A DNA stretch of 64,000 nucleotides, from assembly GCA_037444665.1 (NCBI GenBank), contig JBBILZ010000006.1, positions 56 through 64,055 on the forward strand. Reading direction: 5' to 3'. The notes beneath the pieces are model-generated. The model ran no database searches, was not told the origin of the DNA, and saw only the letters and a list, made by a program, of their open reading frames with translations. Made by a program: the position numbers and the translations under genes. Positions 57,801-64,000 of the stretch are shown here, one piece after another (the first letter of the stretch is position 1; each line of letters starts with the position of its first letter). The DNA is from a candidate division WOR-3 bacterium. GTDB taxonomy: Bacteria > Hydrothermota > Tepidihabitantia > SM23-42 > JAOAFX01.

Positions 57801-57921
57801 GAAAATTTTTTTTATGTAAATAAAGTAATAAAAATCTTTTGGTGAGGGCATGGGTCTTTCCTGAACCAGCAGCAGAAATGAGGGCAATATTCTTAATCTC
57901 CTTCATATTCTCTCCTTCCAC
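54841..57921 (-). CDS. UvrD/AddA-like helicase with a C-terminal PD-(D/E)xK nuclease
   Basis: Walker A ISAAGSGKTH, UvrD helicase motifs, and a C-terminus FVIDYKTG. Confidence 0.75.
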   Translation of the reverse strand: MEGENMKEIKNIALISAAGSGKTHALTKRFLLLYLHKKNFPLESLYAITFTNAAAYEMKSRIMRYLEVLAMDRVLTKQEKDVFEYFTKIYSEKEIKEITSRRRDYLLNNLSALNVSTFHSMFASFLSVIPFQAGILPGYKIIDEPEEALIFEQSIEQYFEYAHKNSESKDALLKLIHSEQTDAKKLIKELYLKLSPWFSMLQQLNKKREKLREGLKECQKDLISAFKKFRDFVDENISATYTNAGKINANWHVFLDKIDTFISNKDDDSLFTFLHYFTEESAMGKGYFTKFIKNIPDPQEYRNNIKEIRENIISYLKACSDNKLILYFLPLIEVQEIFQTEKKKKNVISFSDIEDYVLSVFEKTSEVDYLYYKLGANINHLMIDEFQDTSYKQIDILEPILDEITAGEPEEKSLFYVGDPNQAIFRWRQGAPELFDELKKKYGEKIVSERLEINYRTKKEIIDFVNKVLDKNDKTEPQNVGGWVRIEEVGDFDKKDEGIEKTMERVVEIIKDLKSAGYRESDIAILTRKNIFAANLAGILSRNGIPCISRSRTSIMDEPDVQLVIHLLKFLDNPEDDFSLLHILESKIAKLDEDLIYEMVDIKKRTNKSLYMVLLDDYAHLEITKKLQELLSFVHFMNPYQLIFNIYKSLIARMSYPIATLLDATITYMGEGYGSLSDFIKWLEYNGPAIEIKEAQFEGVRIMTIHKAKGLEFEIVILPETNFESGSNKEKIIFSYKSNARPDKIYWRNYGKYLPGLLEREKELEQIDNLNLLYVALTRAKSGVYMLGFKTRGKNPGFWLEYIKEKFNGEPLPLDKIPRKHVESIVKETPVKEYKKEFKEVQKVTEEREIYSPTERGLEIIEFARRRGMKFGETVHKVLSKIEWLDGLEIDEVVEELLKFTKDNLARTKKDFEDIEKKLKPLLYETFTDPDLGFIFYREGRDVKFKNELALYFEDEKKDVSVHIDRLILEPQKVFVIDYKTGAEKKDYKHQIEMYKQGLKVIYSDFKIQAVLLYLENNRGQKLKIE

Positions 57922-60676
57922 ATATTACACAATAAGGACAATACTCGCAGTTGTCTTTGTCTGCAGTCGGAGAAAATGGAATGTCCTTATCTAACATTTC
58001 ATCAATTGTCGGAATAAGTATTTTTTCTCTAAATCTATTTAAATAATCAATAACCTCCTCATCATTGCAAATATCAGAAGTCATTGGTTCACTGCCGATC
58101 TTATAGTAGATCAGCCCACCAATCTTTTTTTTACTATCTTTTAAAAACATAAGTGCATAAAGTGGCAACTGAAATTCTAAAAATTCCTCACCAATGGTAT
58201 AGGTCTTTTTATCCGGCACTTTACCAGTCTTATAATCAATAATGTAATATTTACCATCCTTTATATCAATACGGTCAATATAGCCTTTCAGGCCTATTGA
58301 TTTTCCGCCAATCTCAATACTATCCGTAACCTGCTCTTCAGCATATTCAGGAATAATCCTGTACCCTTCAGCAAATCGCTCCAGTTCATATTCTATAAAT
58401 TTTTCTATATGTATTCTGTATAACTCTAAATTAAAATAAGTAACAGGTTTAGGAGGAACAGCGATATATTCACGGGAATTAATTGCCTTGTTTAACAGTT
58501 CTTCAAACTTTTCTATTGCCTCATTCTTTTGACGCCGTTCAAATCTGCCCTTTGGAAAATGTTCTTTATAGAACTCCTTGGCAACTATATGAAATATTGA
58601 ACCCCAGATTCTCGCATCAAATTCTTCAGAAATCATATCGGGTTCTTGTATGTTCAGTAAATATTTCAAATAAAACTGATATGGGCAACCCTTGTAGGTA
58701 CTGAGTAAACTTTGACTCAAACCCCGCTGAGATATTTTTAGCAGCGCCTTCATTATTTTACTATTTTTCTCAACACTATGCTCTGGTATCTTTATTGCAC
58801 TACGTTCAAATATATCAGAGACACCATCTGCTTTATATCCAGCTGATTTAAGCATCATAATAAAACGGGATGGAATATCACTTTTTTCTTCGGCTATGTA
58901 TGAAAGGAAAACTTCTTTTTTACCACTGATTAATTGGGTAAAATAATAGTAGTAAAGATTTTCACGCTCCTGGCTTGTGATCAAACCCATCTCCTTACGC
59001 AATGCCGGATTGATAAAAATATCCTTTTCGCTCCGCCTCGGGAAAATTCCCTCATTCATTGAAGGTATGATTATACAATCAAAATCAAGGTTTCTTGCTT
59101 CAAGGATACCAATTATCTGAATACCTTTTAAAGGCTCCCCTTCAATACGATATCTTCCATCTTCCAGTACCCTGAGGATAAACTCAAACATATCTATGCC
59201 TGAATTAAAATGGTTATTTTCAATGCGCAATTGGGCAAGATGCTCCAATTCATCAAAAAATTCTTTTATTCCCGGCAAATTCTTTTTGATGATTTCGCTA
59301 TTATATAAAAGAACTTCGTTGAGCATATGATGGAGATTCTCTATATATTCATTAAGGGGCAAATTCTGCTGAACCGTAGTAAAGCATTTTTCCAGAAAAT
59401 TTAATAAAGGTGAAAAATCAGGCTCTTTACTGAAAAATTTTTTATCAAAATAACTCAGATTTTCTTTAATTATTTCATTTCTCAGCCGGTAAACTAAAGG
59501 ACGGAGCCGAACATTATCAATGACTGTATTTTTTACCAAGGGATGCTGGAGAAAAACAAAAAATTCTGTATGGTGAAAATTACTCTTAACTGTTTCATAC
59601 AACTGGTTCAAAAATGAGTAAAAGATTTGGTTGTTAAATGGAATACCAGCAGAGAGATTATATTCAAGACCATAAGATTTTAACATCTCAGTAATTGGAA
59701 ACAGAAGTGTCTGGTCAGTTAACACAATACCAATGCGATGGGGGTCTTTATATTTTTTTATTGCCTCAAGCACAACCTTAATCAGATAAAATGTCTGCTT
59801 GGTCATTGTCTCAAGGGAATTGATATGAATTACTGGACGCACCACAGGTTTATGGTTGAGGATTTCTACACGCTCAATATCAACATTGAGAAATTTTAAT
59901 AGTTCATAATGTAAAAAATATTTTCTGAAGACATCATCACTAACAGATAACTCCTTTATCGCGCCTGAATGGAGAACCAATTGTGCAGGTAGTTCTTCTA
60001 ACATCTTTTTAATGATAAATTTTTCAAAAGAAGTCAATGCAGCAATACCGGCAACTACAATAGATTCAAAATCAGCAAATATCTTTGAATCGTAATCTTT
60101 ATAGACTTTTTCAATTTTATCAATCTCATCTAAATAACCTGACTCTGCAATATTTTTTCGGTACTGCTGGTAGACCTTTTTCAGTATCGGTAGTTCTTCT
60201 GTAATATAACGTTCGGGAAAATGGAGTTCAGCAGACCTCTTTTCTATCTCACTAATATCTAACTTTTCCTGGCTCAATTCATCAAAAAATCCAAGGAGTC
60301 TATTCCCGATAGAAATAAACCGTAAAAAAGGCAGGTTCTGCCAGAAACTTACTTTTAAATCATCAATCGTTTTTTTAAGAATAAAATTTCTTTCAATACC
60401 GTGTAAAATATTTGCCTGTTTACCACCAATCTTTTCGTAAATATACCTGACCAGCTCATCCATCGTTAACATAATTGGCGGAATAATCCCTTTTACTTCT
60501 GCAGTTTCAAGCAAATATCTCCGAAAATAGAATTTATTCCGCTCACTCGGAAATATTACAAGTATCTTTGAAAAATCAGGGATATTAGCTTTAAATTTAG
60601 ATACAAAATATTGAGCCAGAATTTTTAAAAATGGTAATTCAATAGGTATAATTTTAATTTTCTCTTCGTTTATCAT
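57893..60676 (-). CDS. AddB-like helicase-nuclease subunit (PD-(D/E)xK nuclease with a C-terminal Cys cluster)
   Basis: IIDYKTGKVP, and a C-terminus CEYCPYCVICG resembling the AddB Fe-S cluster. Overlaps the addA-like gene. Confidence 0.7.
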   Translation of the reverse strand: MINEEKIKIIPIELPFLKILAQYFVSKFKANIPDFSKILVIFPSERNKFYFRRYLLETAEVKGIIPPIMLTMDELVRYIYEKIGGKQANILHGIERNFILKKTIDDLKVSFWQNLPFLRFISIGNRLLGFFDELSQEKLDISEIEKRSAELHFPERYITEELPILKKVYQQYRKNIAESGYLDEIDKIEKVYKDYDSKIFADFESIVVAGIAALTSFEKFIIKKMLEELPAQLVLHSGAIKELSVSDDVFRKYFLHYELLKFLNVDIERVEILNHKPVVRPVIHINSLETMTKQTFYLIKVVLEAIKKYKDPHRIGIVLTDQTLLFPITEMLKSYGLEYNLSAGIPFNNQIFYSFLNQLYETVKSNFHHTEFFVFLQHPLVKNTVIDNVRLRPLVYRLRNEIIKENLSYFDKKFFSKEPDFSPLLNFLEKCFTTVQQNLPLNEYIENLHHMLNEVLLYNSEIIKKNLPGIKEFFDELEHLAQLRIENNHFNSGIDMFEFILRVLEDGRYRIEGEPLKGIQIIGILEARNLDFDCIIIPSMNEGIFPRRSEKDIFINPALRKEMGLITSQERENLYYYYFTQLISGKKEVFLSYIAEEKSDIPSRFIMMLKSAGYKADGVSDIFERSAIKIPEHSVEKNSKIMKALLKISQRGLSQSLLSTYKGCPYQFYLKYLLNIQEPDMISEEFDARIWGSIFHIVAKEFYKEHFPKGRFERRQKNEAIEKFEELLNKAINSREYIAVPPKPVTYFNLELYRIHIEKFIEYELERFAEGYRIIPEYAEEQVTDSIEIGGKSIGLKGYIDRIDIKDGKYYIIDYKTGKVPDKKTYTIGEEFLEFQLPLYALMFLKDSKKKIGGLIYYKIGSEPMTSDICNDEEVIDYLNRFREKILIPTIDEMLDKDIPFSPTADKDNCEYCPYCVICGRREYEGD

Positions 60677-60815
60677 AGATAAATCCTTTTTTGTTTTTTA
60701 TATTCCCCCTTTTGATTTTGCACAAGTATATTATAATCAAATTTTGTCCAAAATCAATTACTATTTATCTTGACATCTTTGATATTTTGTATAATCTAAT
60801 ATTCTAATACTTGTT

Positions 60816-61547
60816 ATGTCGTTAGCAAATTTAAAAAAATATCTTACGCCGATCTTAAAACCATTTTCTTATCTTATTGATTTTGTCCTGCCCTGTTCCT
60901 GTATTGTCTGCAAAAAAGAGATAAACCAGGGGCTTGTCTGCAATGACTGCCTTGACCTTGTAGTATATCTTCGGCCACCTCTTTGCCCCCATTGTGGAAG
61001 GCCCATTGATAAAACAAAGACCTGTGAATATTGTAGATATGAAAAATATCTTGATTATGGCAGGGCATTCACACTCTATGTGCCACCAATTGACCAGATG
61101 ATACACCATCTGAAATATCGCGGCAAAACAAATCTTGCAAGATTTTTTGGGCTGGGTATGGCAGGCATAATAAAATCAGACTACTATTTTAAAAAAATAG
61201 ATTTTATCACACCTGTGCCACTCTTCTGGTGGAAAAGATTGCGCAGAACCTATAATCAGGCAGAAATCCTTTCAAGGATAATCCATCAGGAGACATCTAT
61301 TCCTTTGGTTGAATCCCTGATAAGGATCAAAAATACAAAGACCCAGACCAGACTTGACCATAAAAAGAGGCAGGAAAATGTGCGTAATGCCTTTGTTCTG
61401 AAAAAAGGGATGAATATTGATGGTAAAAAGGTGCTCGTTGTTGATGATGTGATGACCACGGGTGCGACCATAAAGGAGTGTGCAAGGGTATTAAAACAGG
61501 CAGGAGCAGAAAGTGTATATTCTCTTGTCGCTGCCATTACACCTTGA
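60816..61547 (+). CDS. comF: ComF family protein (double zinc ribbon + phosphoribosyltransferase domain)
   Basis: CxxC...CxxC pairs plus VLVVDDVMTTGATI. Confidence 0.8.
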   Translation: MSLANLKKYLTPILKPFSYLIDFVLPCSCIVCKKEINQGLVCNDCLDLVVYLRPPLCPHCGRPIDKTKTCEYCRYEKYLDYGRAFTLYVPPIDQMIHHLKYRGKTNLARFFGLGMAGIIKSDYYFKKIDFITPVPLFWWKRLRRTYNQAEILSRIIHQETSIPLVESLIRIKNTKTQTRLDHKKRQENVRNAFVLKKGMNIDGKKVLVVDDVMTTGATIKECARVLKQAGAESVYSLVAAITP

Positions 61548-61584
61548 TTCCTTGACTTTAATTATAAAATTGATAGAATAGTCT

Positions 61585-62379
61585 GTGGGATACCTGAAGA
61601 TAATCAGACCCTTAAATTGTGCAATTACATTTATCTCTGTGCTCTGTGGTGTCTGGGTGGGAAAAGAGATTATATTTACCAATAAAATTATATTTGCGGG
61701 TCTTGTCGGTTTTTTAGTGTGCGCCTTTGGCAATATTATAAACGACTTAAATGACATAGCAATTGACCGGATAAATAACCCCAAAAGGCCGCTCGTTGCA
61801 GGGCTGGTCAAAAAAAATATTGTGGTGATAATGGCGCTCATATTTATAATTTTATCATTAAGCATCACTACAGTGCTGGGATTAAAATCTTTTTTGCTCG
61901 TGCTGATTACAATAATATTGCTCTCACTCTATGCAGTATATTTTAAAAAAACTCCTTTTGCAAATTTTATTGTGGCAATCATTGCCGGACTAAGTTTTGT
62001 CTTTGGTGGATTCATAACAGAGAATATTATCTCTTTAATTCCCGCATTGTTTGCAATCTTGATTCACACGCCAAGGGAAATAATCAAAGATATAATGGAT
62101 ATAAAAGGAGACACAGAATTCAGTGTCGCATCATTACCCATAATTTATGGTGAACAAAATGCACGAAATGTTGCCCGCTTTTTTCTCATTTTATTCATCC
62201 TTACCTGTCCCCTGCCTTTTATCTTCGGTATTTTGAATATCAAATACTTAATTGTTGTCGGTGTTATTGTGATCCCTTTGACCATATTTACAATTGTGCA
62301 ACTTTATAATAGTTCTCGCGCAAGCAATTTATTAAAATTTATTATGTTTATTGGTCTCATTGCCTTTATTATCGGATGA
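61585..62379 (+). CDS. UbiA-family prenyltransferase
   Basis: NDLNDIAIDRIN (Asp-rich motif 1), a second Asp-rich motif, and 8-9 TM segments. Confidence 0.7.
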   Translation: MGYLKIIRPLNCAITFISVLCGVWVGKEIIFTNKIIFAGLVGFLVCAFGNIINDLNDIAIDRINNPKRPLVAGLVKKNIVVIMALIFIILSLSITTVLGLKSFLLVLITIILLSLYAVYFKKTPFANFIVAIIAGLSFVFGGFITENIISLIPALFAILIHTPREIIKDIMDIKGDTEFSVASLPIIYGEQNARNVARFFLILFILTCPLPFIFGILNIKYLIVVGVIVIPLTIFTIVQLYNSSRASNLLKFIMFIGLIAFIIG

Positions 62380-63128
62380 TTAAACTTATCATTCTTGGTA
62401 TAGTGCAGGGATTGACTGAGTTTTTGCCCATTTCAAGTTCAGGCCATCTTGCATTATTAGAAAATCTTTTCGGGATTGAAGAACCGGCTGCGCTCACTGC
62501 TTTTTTACACTTTGGCACATTCCTGGCAACTCTGATATTCTTTAGAAAAGAAATCATTGAAATTATTAAAGGTTTAATTAAATGGGAAACTCTGGCAAAA
62601 ACATATGTAGTAAATATTATTATTGGCAATATTCCGATTGTTATCTTTGCAATCTTCTTGAGAAATGTGATTGAATCTACATTTAGTGATGTAAATATTG
62701 TAATGATATTCTTAGGTATCACCGGTGCAATACTCCTGCTCACCTCAATCGTGCAAAAAGGCACTAAAGATGTTTCATTATTTAGGGCATTTTTCATTGG
62801 TATTGGACAGATGTTTGCAGTATTTCCGGGTCTATCGCGCTCAGGCTTGACCATCTCTTCAGGCATCTTCTGTGGTGTAAAACCTGCAGAGTCATTCAAA
62901 TTCTCATTCTTACTCTCTATACCTGCAGTGTTGGGTGCAAATATATTAGAATTAAAACAGATAACCCAATTGGGCAATTTAGTAGAACTTATCATCGGAA
63001 TGATAATAAGTTTTATTTCAGGGTATATTGCCCTGAAGATTCTCCGTGCACTTGTTCAAAAATGGTTCTATCTGTTTGGTTTCTATTGTTTGGTCATCAG
63101 TGTAGTATATTTGTTATTAAAAATTTGA
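62376..63128 (+). CDS. uppP: Undecaprenyl-diphosphatase
   Basis: GLTEFLPISSSGHL. Confidence 0.9.
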   Translation: MIKLIILGIVQGLTEFLPISSSGHLALLENLFGIEEPAALTAFLHFGTFLATLIFFRKEIIEIIKGLIKWETLAKTYVVNIIIGNIPIVIFAIFLRNVIESTFSDVNIVMIFLGITGAILLLTSIVQKGTKDVSLFRAFFIGIGQMFAVFPGLSRSGLTISSGIFCGVKPAESFKFSFLLSIPAVLGANILELKQITQLGNLVELIIGMIISFISGYIALKILRALVQKWFYLFGFYCLVISVVYLLLKI

Positions 63129-63145
63129 ATATAAAAGGGGGTCAT

Positions 63146-63625
63146 ATGTTAAAAGCACTCGTTGGATATTATTCGGCCACGGGCAATACAAAAAGGATGG
63201 CACAGGCAATTGCCCGGGGTATAAAAAAACAGGGGATTGAGGTTGACCTATTGCCCATAAAAGATATTAAACCAAAAGACCTGCTCAAATATCATCTTTT
63301 AATCTTTGGTTCTCCAACCTATTATGGATTAATGTGTGCAGAAATGAAAACATTGATTGACCAGAGTGTTAAGTATCATGGTAAATTATCAGGTAAGGTA
63401 GCCGGTGCATTTACTTCCAGTGGTGGTATTGGTGGTGGTAGTGAGACCACAATCTTGAGTATCCTTGAATCATTTCTGATCCATGGAATGATTGTAATGG
63501 GTGAGCATGGTGCTTATCATTATGGGCCCGTGAGCATTGAAAGACCTGATAAGAGAACGATTGTTACTTGTGAATTATATGGCAACAAAATGGCAAGGTT
63601 GACAAAAAAAATTTTTGAAGATTAA
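63146..63625 (+). CDS. Flavodoxin-like fold protein (start at MLKAL with RBS AAGGGGG)
   Basis: LVGYYSATGNTKRMAQ and FGSPTYYG (FMN-binding loop). Confidence 0.6.
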   Translation: MLKALVGYYSATGNTKRMAQAIARGIKKQGIEVDLLPIKDIKPKDLLKYHLLIFGSPTYYGLMCAEMKTLIDQSVKYHGKLSGKVAGAFTSSGGIGGGSETTILSILESFLIHGMIVMGEHGAYHYGPVSIERPDKRTIVTCELYGNKMARLTKKIFED

Positions 63626-63679
63626 ATAGGTATTGACTTTTTTAAAAAAATAATTATAATATAGTAGAAAAAGGAGGTA

Positions 63680-64000
63680 TTATGAAGCCATTAGCGCCTG
63701 AATCGGGGGTAATTCAGGATGACGAATATCAGAGAAGGTAATTTTTCTGTTGAGCAAGGTATAGAGGACGCGCAGGAGTTTGTTTGCGGTGGCGATAACG
63801 GCTTTTTTATGTTTCATTCCTTGTTTCCTTTTCCGTTCGTAGTAGATACGAAACATTTGGGTGTAAAGGATAACACCCTGGGTTATCTGATAGATTGTCC
63901 GGCGCAGATGGCGGTTACCTCGTTTGGAGATTCTGTATTGCCCTTTGAATTTTCCGGATTCCTGAATGATTGGATCAATGCCTGTGCCGGCAATGATTTT
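63680..64000 (-). mobile_element. IS110-family transposase, C-terminal part (Transposase_20 domain). The gene runs off the window end.
   Basis: The RC translation ...GIDPIIQESGKFKGQYRISKRGNRHLRRTIYQITQ...YYERKRKQGMKHKKAVIATANKLLRVLYTLLNRKITF* matches the IS110/IS116/IS902 C-terminal consensus. Local GC content is visibly higher than the surrounding sequence. Confidence 0.75.

Overview
AT-rich bacterial chromosomal segment (probably an uncultured or candidate-phylum lineage; no rRNA or tRNA genes seen). Promoters are strikingly canonical (TTGAC(A/T)-16/17-TATAAT), and several sit 6-8 nt from the ATG, predicting leaderless mRNAs. Most of the window is housekeeping: recR, yajC, def, fmt, rsmB, folD, mtnA, tdh/kbl, tgt, pilMNOPQ, rsmD, coaD, hprK/hpf, thiE, csp, rmlABC-like, cmk, miaA, a CDF transporter, addAB-like, comF, uppP. 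Two regions stand out. (1) An accessory island of about 10.4 kb (about 2.9-13.3 kb) flanked by clusters of REP-like elements: a conserved GTAG box followed by a GC-rich hairpin, with compensatory stem changes between copies. The island carries two paralogous outer-membrane beta-barrel genes with duplicated promoters, a retropepsin-like aspartic protease next to a DUF5678-like mini-protein, a Zn-ribbon/coiled-coil/DUF2130 (PD-(D/E)xK-like) protein, a small coupled protein, a MORC-like GHKL ATPase, and a disrupted MmeI-like Type IIG RM gene (frameshift in a homopolymer plus an in-frame TAG). It ends in a radC fragment that keeps only the HhH domain. (2) A tightly coupled operon: roadblock/LC7 (MglB-like) - a protein with two tandem DnaA-like AAA+ domains - DUF4388/MshEN/TPR - CheR - CheD - CheB - TPR, with no CheA, CheW or MCP in the window. 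Also notable: single-base homopolymer deletions break both tgt (A9 tract) and the RM gene (possible assembly artefact or transcriptional slippage); an IS110-family transposase fragment runs off the right end of the window; a polylysine micro-ORF with a bidirectional terminator lies upstream of csp; and a tdh-acpS-acyl-CoA synthetase-ACP-kbl-FAD oxidase cluster.
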